DNA of 64,000 bases from Anaeramoeba ignava BMAN (taxonomy: Eukaryota > Protista > Anaeramoebae). The DNA is taken from the NCBI GenBank assembly GCA_028826165.1, contig JAPDFW010000070.1, positions 1,488,001-1,552,000 of the forward strand, in the 5' to 3' direction. The position numbers and the translations under genes were made by a program. The notes beneath the pieces are model-generated. The model did not search any database, had not been told where the DNA came from, and was given only the letters and a program-made list of their open reading frames with translations. Below, piece by piece: positions 47,101-61,188 of the stretch. The number at the start of each line of letters is the position of its first letter. Within the stretch, counting starts at the first letter, position 1.

Positions 47101-50100
47101 ATGAGTCGTGCTCAATTTTCTAATAATTTACAACGAGGAAGAAGAATTGGAGAAAGAAATATCTCAAACGACAAACAAACAAATTCACAAAATAGAACAA
47201 ATGCAAGAGTTGGAAGAGCAACTGGAAGAATTGGAAGAACTCTCAAAATCAAAATCAAAATCAAAATCAAAATCAAAATCAAAGTCAAAGTCAAAGTCAA
47301 AATACAACGAATGGAAGAATAGGAAGAATGGCAGGAAGATTTGGAGGAAGAGCATCACCAAATAAAACCCAAAATACAAATCAAAGTCAAAATACAAATA
47401 TATCACCAACAAGAACAAATGGAAGATTTGGAAGAAGATCCCCAAGTCAAAGCCAAAATCAAAATCAAAATCAAAATCAAAATCAAAATCAAAATCAAAA
47501 TCAAAGTCAAAATCAAAGTCAAAATACAAATATATCACCAACAAGAACAAATGGAATATTTGGAAGAAGATCCCCAAGTCAAAGCCAAAATCAAAATCAA
47601 AGTCAAAATACAAATATATCACCAACAAGAACAAATGGAAGATTTGGAAGAGAATCACCAAATAAAAGCCAAAATCAAAATACAAATACATTACAAAATA
47701 GAACAACTGGAAGAATTGGAAGAAGATCACCATTAAAACAAGATGAAAATCAAAATACATCACCAACAGGAAGAGTTGGAAGAGTTGGAAGAACAACTGG
47801 AAGAATTGGAAGAAGATCACCATTAAAACAAGATGAAAATCAAAATACAACAGTAGGAAGAGTTGGAAGAGCAGGAAGAACAACAGGAAGAATTGGAAGA
47901 AGATCACCATTAAAACAAGATGAAAATAAAAATCAAAATCAAAATACATTACAAAATAGAACAACTGGAAGAATTGGAAGAAGATCACCATTAAAACAAG
48001 AAGAAAATAAAACAATATCACCAAAAGAAACAAATAAACCAACAATAACAATATCACCAAAAGAAATAACATCACCAAAAGAAACAAATAAGCTAAAACA
48101 ATATCACCAAAAGAAACAATATCACCAAAAGAAACAATATCACCTAAAGAAACAAATAAACCAACAATAACAAATGGAAGAATTGGAAGAAATTTACCAT
48201 TAAAACAAGAAACCCAAAATACAAATCCATTACAAAATAGAACAACTGGAAGAATTGGAAGAAGATCACCATTAAAACAAGATGAAAATCAAAATACATC
48301 ACCAACTGGAAGAGTAGGAAGAATTGGAAGAACAACAGGAAGAATTGGAAGAAGATCACCATTAAAACAAGAAGAAAATAAAAATACATCACCAACAGGA
48401 AGAGTAGGAAGAATTGGAAGAAGATCACCATTAAAACAAGAAGAAAATCAAATAATATCACCAAAAGAAACAAATAAGCCAACAATAACAATATCACCAA
48501 AAGAAACAATATCACCAAAAGAAACAAATAAGCCAACAATAACAATATCACCAAAAGAAACAATATCACCTAAAGAAACAATATCACCCTAAAAGAAACA
48601 ATATCACCAAAAGAAACAAATAAACCAACAATAACAAATGGAAGAATTGGAAGAAATTTACCATTAAAACAAGAAACCCAAAATACAAATCCATTACAAA
48701 ATAGAATAAATGGAAGAATTGGAAGAAGATCACCATTAAAACAAGATGAAAATCAAAATACATCACCAACAGGAAGAGTAGGAAGAATTGGAAGAACAAC
48801 AGGAAGAATTGGAAGAAGATCACCATTAAAACAAGATGAAAATAAAACAATATCACCTAAAGAAACAATATCACCGAAAGAAACAACAGGAAGAAAAAGA
48901 AAGAAGATTACCAAAAAAAACAAGAAGAAAAAAAAACAAAATCCATCACCAATAACAATATCAAGAATTGGAAGAATCACCAAAAAGAAACAAATAAACC
49001 AACAATGAAAATCAAAACAACATCACCAAAGGAACAAATTGGCCAAGAACAATATCACCTAAAGAAATAACATCACCAAAACAATATCACCAAAAGAAAC
49101 AAATAAACCAACAATAACAATATCACCTAAAGAAACAATATCACCTAAAGAAACAATATCACCTAAAGAAACAATATCACCAAAAGAAACAAATAAACCA
49201 ACAATAACAAATGGAAGAATGGGAAGAAATTTACCATTAAAACAAGAAACCCAAAATACAAATCCATTACAAAATAGAACAACTGGAAGAATTGGAAGAA
49301 GATCACCATTAAAACAAGATGAAAATCAAAATACATCACCAACAGGAAGAGTAGGAAGAATTGGAAGAACAACAGGAAGAATTGGAAGAAGATCACCATT
49401 AAAACAAGAAGAAAATAAAAATCAAAATCCATCACCAACAGGAAGAGTTGGAAGAATTGGAAGAAGATCACCATTAAAACAAGATGAAAATCAAAATACA
49501 TCACCAACAGGAAGAGTTGGAAGAGTTGGAAGAACAACAGGAAGAATTGGAAGAAGATCACCATTAAAACAAGAAGAAAATAAAGCAATATCACCAAAAG
49601 AAACAATATAAGCAAACAATAACAATATCACCAAAAGAAAATCAAAAATATCACAAAAGAAGGAAATATCACCAAAAAGAAACAATATCACCAAAAGAAA
49701 CAATATCACCTAAAGAAACAATATCACCAAAAGAAACAAATAAACCAAAAGAAACAAATAAGCCAACAATAACAATATCACCAAAAGAAACAATATCACC
49801 TAAAGAAACAATATCACCTAAAGAAACAATATCACCAAAAGAAACAAATAAACCAACAATAACAAATGGAAGAATGGGAAGAAATTTACCATTAAAACAA
49901 GAAACCCAAAATACAAATCCATTACAAAATAGAATGAATGGAAGAATTGGAAGAAGATCACCATTAAAACAAGAAGAAAATCAAAATACATCACCAACAG
50001 GAAGAGTAGGAAGAACAACAGGAAGAATTGGAAGAAGATCACCATTAAAACAAGATGAAAATCAAAATCAAAATAGAATAGGAAGAAGATCACCACCCAA

Positions 50101-51214
50101 AAAAGAATCACCACAAGAAGAAAAAAAAGAAAGCGATTCAACAACCTCACCAACAAAAAGTATCATGAGAAGGAGATTACCACGAGGATTAATGGGAGGA
50201 GGAAAAACAGAAGATAAACAACTAAGTTTCAACGAACCCAAAGAAACAAGCGAGCAAGAACCACGCTCAATCATGCGAAATCGGCGAAGAACAATGGTTC
50301 CGCGAGCAGGAGGGGTTAAATTCGCAAATATTGAAGAGCCAGTGGAAACACGACCAAGAACAAAAACAGTAACAAAAAGACCGCAATCAGTCAAAATGCA
50401 AAATTTGGGAGCACTTCTTCAAGGAATTAACTTCGGCGGGCCTCCTCCTCCAAGACAGAGACAAGCGCAAGCTAAAATCAAAGATGTTCACCAAACTGAC
50501 ATGAATCAAGCAGCAAAACAAAAGGCAAAAATCCAACGGCCTAAAATTCGAAAATCCCAAAAAAGAAGCACTTTGGCTTTGGGTTCTTCAGAAGTCGATT
50601 CTGTTTTGCAATCTAATGAATTCGAAGATATTAATTTGGAAACTAATATGTCTTTTGATGACTTCAAAAAACAAGTTCCAAAAAAAATCACTCAAAGATT
50701 CACTTTTGCTGGTGAACAACTTTCTCAATTAGCTCAAAATGATGATAAAAAATTTGCTTTTAAAGAAGATGAAGAAAAACAATTCGAAGCTTTTAAGGAT
50801 ATTTTTTCTTCTCAAACTAACAGTCGATCAAATTTAGGAAGAAATGATAGTAAATCAAATTTATTAGGAAGAAATAACAGTCGATCAAATTTAGGAAGAA
50901 ATGATAGTAAATCAAATTTTGGAAGAAATGATAGTAAATCAAATTTATTTGGAGAAAATGATAATACTAAAGATTTATTTGGAAGAAATGATAGTAAATC
51001 AGATTTATTTGGGAAAAATGATAATACTAAAGATTTATTTGGAAGAAATGATAGTAAATCAAATTTATTTGGAGAAAATGATAATACTAAAGATTTATTT
51101 GGAAGAAATGAGAATACTTCAGATTTATTTGGGAAAAATGATAATACTAAAGATTTATTTGGGAAAAATGATAGTAAATCAAAATTATTTGATGATGACA
51201 GTGATTCAGATTAA
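47101..51214 (+). CDS. Large disordered repeat protein (GRIGRRSPLKQ and ISPKET repeats, C-terminal DLFG.ND repeats); frameshifted as assembled
   Basis: One protein-like reading passes through ORFs 47101, 47328, 49219 and 49874. It has a unique segment at 50100-50820, then 30-nt repeats NDSKSNLFGE/NDNTKDLFGR, and ends LFDDDSDSD*. Confidence 0.7.
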
Positions 51215-52082
51215 TTTCAATTTAATTTTAATTTCAATTTCATTTCAATTTAATTTTAATTTAATTTAAATTTTAATTTAATTTTAAAATTTCAAAGCAT
51301 TTTTTTAATTTTAATTTTTCTTTTTAATTTAATTTTTCTTTCTTTTTTTTTTCAATTTAATTTTTAATTTTTATTTTTAATTTCTTTTTCTTTCTTTTTT
51401 CATTTAATTTTTTTTCCTTTTCAATTCAAATTCAAAGTGTTTTTCATTTTTTATTTTGATTTTTTTTTTATTTCAAAAATTTAAAAATTTCAAAACAAAA
51501 TAAATCAATTTAAAAACTTTTTTAAATTTAATTTAATTTTCATTTTTTAATTTTTTTCATTTAATTTTCCATTTTTTTCATTTTTAATTTTCATTTTTCA
51601 TTTTTTTCATTTTTAATTATTTTTCTTTTAAACAATATAAAAACAAACAATTTATTTATACAAAAATTTTAATTTTAAAATTTCAATTTTAAAAAATTTC
51701 AATTATAATGGATTCAATTTAATTTAATTTTTTCAATTTAATCTAATTCAAAAATTCAAGAAAACAATCGTTTTTCTTTTTTTTTCTTTCTCTTTCTCTT
51801 TTTCTTTTATTTCTTTTTTTTCTTTCTCTCATTTCCATCAAAGAAATTATTTTTTTTATTTTGATTTTTTTTTCAAAAATAAAAAAACAAAAATAAAATA
51901 AAAAACTCTTTCTTGTTATTTTCTTTTCTTTCATTTTTCCATTTTTTCATTTTTCATTTTTCATTTTTCATTTTTTCATTTTTTTTAATTATTTTTTTTT
52001 CTTGTAAACAATATAAAAAAACAAACAATTTATATACAAAAAAAAATCATAAATAAAAGCAAATCAAAAACTTTCAATTATA

Positions 52083-55000
52083 ATGGATTCATTTTATGAG
52101 ATCCAAATTCAACAAACAATCGATCTTTTTGATCAAATACGATTCCATCAAGAAGTTTGTGCTTTTATTTAATCTAAAAAAACAAATTAATTCTGACAAA
52201 TTTCATTTTTTTTTTCCAAACAAAAAAAAACACAAAAAATACAAAAAAAAAATTTTTTTCAAAAATGATTTTCTTATTAATTTTCTTAAATCTATTTTAA
52301 ATCAAATTTATATCAATTTTAAATCAATTTTTAAATCAAATTTTATATTAATTTTATATCAATTTTATATCAATTTTATATCAATTTTAAATCAATTTTA
52401 TATCAATTTTAAATCAATTTTAAATCAATTTTAAATCAATTTTAAATCAATTTTATATCAATTTTATATCAATTTTATATCAATTTTATATCAATTTTAT
52501 ATTAATTTTTATTAATTCAATTTTATATCAATTTTATATCAATTTTTATCAATTTTATATCAATTTTTATATCAATTTTAAAAATTTAAAATTTTAAATC
52601 AATTTTAAATCAATTTTAAATCAATTTTAAATCAATTTTATATCAATTTTAAATCAATTTTAAATCAATTTTAAATCAATTTTAAATCAATTTTAAATCA
52701 ATTTCAAATCAATTTTTAAATCAATTTTTATCAATTTTATATCAATTTTATATCAATTTTTATATCAATCAATATTAATTTATATCAATTTTTAAATTTT
52801 ATATCAATTTTATATCAATTTTAATCAAATCAATTTTAAATCAATTTTTATCAATTTTATATCAAATTTTAAATCAATTTTAATTTTATATTTTTTATAT
52901 CAATTTTATATCAATTTTATATCAATTTTAATCAATTTTATATCAATTTTAAATATTTAAATCAATTTTAAATCAATTTTAAATCAATTTTAAATCAATT
53001 TTAAATCAATTTTAAATCAATTTTAAATCAATTTTTAAATCAATTTTATTAAAATCAATTTTAAATCAATTTTAAATCAATTTTATATCAATTTTATATC
53101 AATTTTAAATCAATTTTATATCAATTTTAAATCAATTTTATATCAATTTTATATCAATTTTAAATCAATTTAAATCAATAATCAATTTTAAATCAATTTT
53201 AAATCAATTTTTAAATCAATTTTAAATCAATTTAAATCAATTTTATATTTTTTAAATCAATTTTTATATCAATTTTAAATCAATTTTATATCAATTTTAA
53301 ATCAATTTTTAAATCAATTTTATATCAATTTTAAATCAAATTTAAATCAATTTTAAATCAATTTTATATCAATCAATTTAATTTTATATCAAAATCAATT
53401 TTAAATCAATTTTATATCAATTTTATTAAATCAAATTTAAATCAATTTTAAATCAATTTTATATCAATTTTAAATCAATTTTATATCAATTTTAAATCAA
53501 TTTTAAATCAATTTTATATCAATTTTAAATCAATTTTAAATCAATTTTAAATCAATTTTAAATCAATTTTATATCAATTTTATATCAATTTTAAATCAAT
53601 TTTAAATTAATTCAATCTTTAAAATCTTAAAAAGAAACCCGAAAATCCAGAATTGTTAATCGATAACATCTTAGATAACATTTCTTACTCTTCAACAACA
53701 AATAACAATTACACAAAAAAAATGATCGAAGCAATTGAATACCTTGTAAAAAATCACATTGTTTCATGTGAACAAATTATCGAGCAAATTTTAACCAAAA
53801 TTGAAACAACAAAAACAACTTGTTGCCATCATAAAAAGAAAGATATCACAAATTTTTGCAAAATTATCAGCAAATTTGCTGCCCAAAGCTCAAAAAAAAG
53901 ACTTCTCGAATCACTGCAACGAGTCACAGTTCTTCTTCAACAGAAAAACACTTGCATTAACACAATTCGAGACTACTACAAACTCTTCAAAAGAATTATA
54001 AAGTTGCTCCCTCATTTTATTGTTATGAACCACTTGGAATCAATCGGAAATCAATTGCATCATATTGCAACACCAATAATCAAAAAATACTCAATCGCTC
54101 GCATACGATTTCTTGATATTATTGTGTCTAATAATCTCTGTTGTGAGTTTAAATTTCCGGGTAATCTAAACATCAACTTTTCTCACCAAGACGAACCGCA
54201 GTTTTATTCCCAAAAAAGAGTGAAAAAAAAACAGAAAATTTTCGAAGACTCTTCAAAATATTTTAACAGAATCAAAATATACCAAAAAGATTACCTGCGA
54301 AACTCAGAAGATAGTTTTTCACGAATTAACGCGCATTTGCTTCAAGACTCCACTTCTTTCTTGATTCGTCAACGGTTCAATAATTTCCACGAATCCTTTT
54401 TCCCTTACGCAAAAACCGAAAGGGCAAAAGCTTCAACAAAAACACTTTTCAGAATGATCAAGAATAAAGATGCGCCCAATGTTATTGTGCAGTTGATGGC
54501 GCTCAAATCTCATCTGCACAAACCTAAATCATTGAAAAATACGATACATAGTTACATTCCTGAAATACTTGCGCGGATATATTTTGATGCCGAGTCTCCT
54601 CATGTGGGAGGAGAACGCAGGGAAATTCCGCAAGAGCAGATAAAGCCAAAAGACCCAATGCCGCTAAAAGACAAGAACCAAATGCAGACGCACATGCAAA
54701 CAGATCCTCGCTCTCATACAAAGCTTATTGCTCAAGGTAGTTCAATCGCCAAACTAAAATCACATTTTTACCAAATTCGCGATTTGCTTTATTACTCGAT
54801 TGAAAGAGATGTAATTAATTTCCGAAAGTTTTTCCAAGATTTGGAAAGAATTAATTTACGCAGCAATTTCATCATCTGGTTGATTTCCCAATGCATAAAA
54901 ATCGTTTCTGTGAACCGAATTCTCCAGAAAGACTACCACAAAAATCACTCTTTAATGAACACTTGCATTAACTTTTACAATCCAGACAAATACCATGAAG

Positions 55001-58000
55001 ACAAACCATATGATATCTATATTTACCCCATTTTTTATGCTTTTAGCGCAAACCAGAAAATCATTTTCACAAAAAATCCAAATTCGACAGAAGTAAATAT
55101 CACAAGCAAGATTTTTCTCGCAAAAATTGGCATGAAACTTAAGAACATCAAAACAGAACTTACTCAAATCATCCATGAAATAAATACTGAAAAAATTCCC
55201 GATAATTCAACTCCTTCAATGATTGACGTCAGGTCTCCCGAAGAAATTGCAATTCTTCCATTGGTTCTCGATAAGTTTGTTGGAATTCCCAAAATATTTG
55301 AAAGATATGATATGTCGCCAATGACAAAAGATCCCAAAGTTAAAAAATGGTTCTCCCAACTATACAAAGAACTCCCCATTAACTGGAAGGCTTCTTATTT
55401 GAAGGAACTTGAAAAGCAAATTCAATCTCATATGGATCTTAACACCACAAAGAAGATTCATACACTGCTTAAATACTTATTGCCTTGTATTGATGAATCT
55501 GCAACTCTTCATCAATTTAAAGAGTCTCATCATATTTTTGAGCTTCCAAATTCAATTTTACTTTCCAAATATAACCATAATTTGCAAAAATATTTTTTGT
55601 TACATCAAAAACAAGTTGATAAACAGTTTTTAGATACTACAAAATTATGGATAAGAAATTCTCAAGCAAATCAAAATCAAAATCAAAACCAAAACCAAAA
55701 TCAAAATCAAAATCAAAATCAAAATCAAAATCAAAATCAAAATCAAAATCAAAATCAAAACCAAAATCAAAATCAAAATCAAAATCAAAATCAAATCCAA
55801 AATCAAAATCAAGTCCAAAACCAAAACCAAAATCAAAATTCAAATCCAAATCAAAATCAAAATCAAAATCAAAACCAAAATCAAAATCAAAATCAAAATC
55901 AAAACCAAAATCAAAATCAAAATCAAAATCAAAACCAAAATCAAAATCAAAATCAAAATCCAAATCAAAATCAAAATCAAAATCAATCAAGATCTCATAT
56001 TTATGCAAATACATATCAGAATCCTCATTCAAATCCTCATTCACATTCATATTCACATTCACATTCAAATTCACATTCGCATTCACATTCAAATATCTAT
56101 TCATATATATATCCTCATTCCTTCTCATTATCTCACCCATTTTCATATTCAAATTCACATTTAAACACACATTTGCATCCTTATTCAACTTTTTCTACTC
56201 AGATAAATATTCTTACTCCATTAATCAACAAAATTATCCACACAACTCTCAAGTTCATTTTGTTATCTCTCTATAAAACACGTTTTTATGATCCAGTATT
56301 CAATTTTTTGAGGATGAACACAATTGAGCTCGCAATAATTGACAGATTTTTGCATTGGGAATTTCTTTCTCAAAAATTAAAGAAGCAAGAGCCCATTTCT
56401 GAAGAAACAACAAGAAATCAACATCGTGCTTTTTCTGGAATAAACTTTTCACAAAATACCCAATCTAAATATTCTAACAATGAAAAAATGGATCAAACTC
56501 AAAACGTGCAAGAAAACCCAATGATTGCACAAAATCAGCCACAGAAGCAAATAAACACAATGAAACAGCACAACAAAGCACAAGATCAAGCACATAAATA
56601 CATAGCATCTCACGTAATGAAGAAGGCACATGATTTGGGAAGAATTCAACCTGAACGGCATCACCACAATTTTTTGACAAATAATTCAAGTCGCGCAATC
56701 CAATCTAAAAAAATGGCATATTATATGAATAAGAAAAACCAAGAATTGAAGATCAAAAATTTCATGATTCCACGGCTTCCCTCTCAGTTGTTAACATTCT
56801 CAATTTCCAAGCTTATCAAGAACAATTTTTTCGACAATTACATGCATTACTACGAAATTCTTGAAATTGTGGAAAGATTCGATTCAATCAAATTTAGCAT
56901 GCAAACATCAGGGCAACTTCCCATTGAAATTTTGGAAATTTTAAACAAAAAGAGCCGCAAATCAATTGAATTCAAAATTGAAGAAATTGATCAACTAAAT
57001 CGAGAACATGTTGTTTTTTCGACTCAAAAGGAAGTTATTAAATTCCAGAAATACATCGAAAATTCCAACAACAACGAAGATTATTCGCCCGATAATCCTG
57101 ATCTTGTTCTGTGCTGTTGCTGGCAAATTTTCCAAAGCACAGATGCAAAAAGCGATCAAGGCAGGATTCTTTACACAAAATTAAACCATGTTTTCAATTC
57201 ACTTGATTCTTCCCAACAGGTCGAGAATATATACAAGCTGATCAAATTTTTCTTCGAGAAGGACAACTGGACAAGTGATTTTGCCAATCTCTCGCATTTC
57301 ATTTGGAATTTCTCGTCCGGATTATTTCAGAGATATACGATTAGCCTTCTTGATTATATGGACACACCACATGTGGATGAATTTTTTGAGTTTTTATTCA
57401 CAAAAGACAAAACAACAAGCGAAAAAATAACGGATAAAAACTCTGTTCGCGGATATGGAATTCCGTCGCTTTTTGACCTCATGATCTACAGACTCATCGA
57501 ACACGGCAAAAATGAGCTTCTGTTTAAAATACTCGAGAACTACATCTTCATTTATAAATATCATCGCTTCCCCATTCATTTCCTTTACCAACTTCTGCTT
57601 TATTTCTACAACACAACTTTACTTCCAACTCAAGATAAAAGAAAACTTGTTGAACTGATTGTTCAAAATGTCCAAATCGTAAAGGGAAATAATAAAAAAT
57701 TGTCCGACTTTTTTGGCACTGAAAACGACGCCTTTGACTTGAAAAAGCACACAGACAATCTTCGTTTTTTGCACTCGCTCATCGACCAACAACCCATTGT
57801 GTCTCCCAATGCATTTGTCAAGCCTGAAGATCTTTCTGTTATGACCAAGAAGAGGAAAATGACCGGCAATTTCGATCTTGATTTGGGAGATTTTTTGGAG
57901 TTCAATTGTCTTCTTGAAGAGCGACTCTATGTGACCATAATTTATTTGCTTTTGGATGCACGACTTGAAAAACAGCTTTATTTCAAAAAGAGAAATGAAT

Positions 58001-59277
58001 TGATGAAGAATGAGCATATGAAAAGCGATTATATGAAAAATGATTATATGCAAAACGATTATATACAAAACGATTATATGCAAAATGATTATATGCAAAA
58101 TCAGGCTTTTATCAAGAATCCAAATGGAATTAACGAAAATTCGCAAAGAATGGGATTTAATAACCCTCTCGAAACAACACAATCAAACAATCCACCCAGT
58201 AAGGATCCAAAACAAGCAAATAACATTGCAACGGATCTTCTTCAGATCTTGATTGCGGATAAGGATCACATTCTTGCTCACATAATCGGGATTATTTTCG
58301 CAAAACTCCCGCAATCATTACAAATATATCTTGTTGATTTTGCAATTGATTTTGTCCAACAGCTCACGTCGAAATTCCCGCAGACATTAAAGAACACAGA
58401 AAACAGTCTTAACACACAAGAAAAGATACAAAACACACAAGGAATGAAGATGGACGATGAAGACGACGATGAGTTTTTCTTAATTGCTCCACCAGAGCCA
58501 ACATTCAAAGAGAATCGGGAGTCTCAAAGTTACAAAAACAACTCAATGTACTGGAATTTCGACCCGAAAATCACACCAAATTCAATTCTTGTTCATCAGG
58601 ACTCAATTCTCGAAATGCTGCAAATGTTCTTCTATTTGGCTGGCGCACAAACAATGCAATTTGCTCCGTATATCATCTCACAGAGCCGCAAGTTCATCAA
58701 TAATATTTCCCAGCTTCTTTTTCTCTGCAAAATTCTCGGGCCTTCTACTCACAAACTCTTTGCAAATGAACAACTTGCAACTTGGGTTGTTACTGAACTT
58801 CTTTTTGCAATCAATAATGTGATCGAAAAACAAAAACTCAATTCCAATTCAAAAAATAAGCCCGAAAATCAAAAACCCAAAATCAATATTGATATTTTAT
58901 TCAACTTTAATAAATCAAATCCAAAATCAAAAGAGCATTCCAAAAAAATCAATAAGAAAAAACGCAATATCGATCAAATTTCAAACAAAAATAATTATTT
59001 TAACCAAAGAAATTTTCACAAATCTAAGTTTTCTCAACAAAAAAATTTAGATAATTCTCTTTTGGAATCTTTTGATGAAAATTTTGATTGTTGTCCCTTT
59101 AAAATTGATTATTCTTTGATAGCCATATTGGATTTTGTTTATTGGATTGTGATTATGTCTCGTTTGTCAAATCGTTCAATTCAAACTATTCGCAAAGTTG
59201 TAGTTCAACTTCCAAAAGAAATACGTGATATTATTTGGGATTTTGATCTTTTAGCTGAAGATCGAGATCAATTTTAA
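52083..59277 (+). CDS. MED23: Mediator subunit 23-like protein with QN and HS low-complexity insert (2 exons)
   Basis: Exon 1 52083-52154 (MDSFYEIQIQQTIDLFDQIRFHQE), phase-0 intron 52155-53634, exon 2 53635-59277. LFDLMIYRLIE...IYKYHRFPIHFLYQLLLYFY resembles the Med23 motif FDIVIHRFLE...LYKFHDRPVTYLYNTLHYY. NFIIWLISQCI and FLEFNCLLEERLYVTIIYLL also fit. Confidence 0.72.
52290..53610 (+). repeat. 11-mer satellite (ATCAATTTTA[A/T])n filling MED23-like intron 1
   Basis: Seen directly. Confidence 0.9.
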
Positions 59278-59454
59278 TTAAAAATTCAAATCTAATTTAA
59301 TTCAATTAAAAATGAAATTAAAATTTAATTAAAATAAAAATGAAATTAAAATTCAAATTCAATTCAAATTAAAATTCAATTCAAATTCAAATCAAATTCA
59401 AATTCAAATTGAAATTCAAATTAAAATTGAAATTCAAATTGAAATTTAATCAAA

Positions 59455-59720
59455 TCTTTTAAATTCCTTTTAAATTTAAATTCTTTTAAATTCATTTTAA
59501 ATTCCCTTTTAAATTCCTTTTAAATTCCCTTTTAAATTCCCTTTTAAATTCCCTTTTAAATTCCTTTTTAAATTTTTTAAATTCCTTTTAAATTCCCTTT
59601 TAAATTCCTTTTTAAATTCTTTTTAAATTCTTTTTAAATTCCTTTTAAATTCCTTTTTAAATTTCTTTTAAATTCTTTTTAAATTCCTTTTTAAATTCCT
59701 TTTTAAAATTCTTTTTAAAT
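59455..59720. repeat. (AAATTCCTTTT[T])n tract between convergent genes
   Basis: Seen directly. Confidence 0.8.
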
Positions 59721-59902
59721 TCTTAAATCTTTTTAAAATGTTTTTTTTCTTTAATTATTATTAAAAAAAATAAAATTTTAAATAAATTAAAAATTAAATT
59801 TAAATTTTTGGATCTTTTATTTTCTTTCTTTTTTTTTAAAATGAATTAAAATGGAATTAAAAATTGAAATTAAAAATTGAAGAGAATTAAAAAGGAAAAG
59901 AT

Positions 59903-60941
59903 CTAAACTTTGCAATTTTCTTTAAAAAGAGTAGCCAATTCTTTTCCACAATTTGCAAAATATTCTTCACCAATTTCTGACTTAACAAAAGACCAACCAT
60001 TTATATCAATAACAAAAGACTTTCCATTAGCATCGCGGAGGACATCAAAGCCACAAACATTCTGGTGAAGATGTTCCACAATCTTAGAGGCAAACATTCG
60101 TTCTTCTTCAGTGAGTTCGAACTTATCTCGGATTTCACGGCCATATTCATCAAGTTCAATCTTCTGAGCTCTAAATGGCGAATTTCGCACTTCGGAATAT
60201 GCATAGTTTTTTCCCACCGCATAAATCTTTATATCACATCCCGTTTTTGAGTCGATAAATTCCTCATAAACAAAGACTCCAGTTCGTCTGATTTTTGAAT
60301 CTGTCGAAGTTTCACTCACTCGATCCTTAGAAACCTCCCGTTTGCGGAACAATTTAATAGACCCGCCGCCTTGCGATGTTGGTAGATAAATGTGGACATG
60401 ATGATCCTCTGCGTCAAGGGGTTTCTCAACAAATGGTTTTTCGAATTTAGTTCCTTCGAATTCAAAATAATCTTCGGTTTCAATTATTTTATCCGAATTT
60501 TTTTTTGTATCCAAAACTAAATGTTTGGGTGTCCTAACTCCGATCGGTTTCAAGATATCGTATATCTGATCTCTGCTCATGATGGTACGTTGGAAGGACA
60601 TATCATTCGGAGACCAAGCTCCAGTTTTTTTGATGTAATCATTAACTTTGCATTGAGGAATAAATGGAAAAATTTTTTGCTTTTTTTGTTAATTTTTAAT
60701 CAGTTAAAAAAAGCAAAAAAAATTTAAAATAAAAACCTTTTTCAATTGGAAATCCTTCTGAAAAAAAAGCAATAATTCCATGACAAACAGGCCATTCTTC
60801 AATTGGTTTATTTTTAATTAAATCTTCTTCAAATTCAATAAATTTAAAATTCCCATTTTTTTTGATTTCGGTTAAAATTTTTTGCATTGGTTTAGACCTA
60901 ATTTTTCTTTGCATTGCACAAAGTCCTATTAAAATCTCCAT
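59903..60941 (-). CDS. VIP1: Vip1/PPIP5K-type inositol pyrophosphate kinase, ATP-grasp kinase domain only (315 aa, 2 exons)
   Basis: Exons 60941-60737 and 60645-59903, intron 60736-60646. Motifs IGLCAMQRKIRSKPMQKIL, IEEWPVCHGIIAFFSEGFPIEK, KPFVEKPLDAEDHHVHIY...GGGSIKLFRK, YEEFI...DIKIYAVG..YAYSEVRNSP and QNVCGFDVLR...VIDINGWSFVK. Confidence 0.9.
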
Positions 60942-61188
60942 TTTGTTTATTTTTTTTTTTAAATAAGAATTGAGAAAAAAAATGAAAAACAAAAAACAAT
61001 TTAAATTTTTTTATTTTATTTTTATATTTTTATATTTTTTTATATATATAATAATTATTATTATTTATTATTTTAATTTTTTTTTTTTTAATTTTTTTTT
61101 TTCATTTTTTTCCTTTTTATTTTTTACCATTTTTTATTTTTAAAACAAAAAAATTATTATAAATAAAATAAATTAAATTAAATTTTAA

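Noticed and set aside
52096-52434. ORF 52096-52434 as a separate gene
   Set aside because: It is a shifted frame over MED23 exon 1 running into the intron satellite. The ATG at 52083 splices in phase to exon 2.
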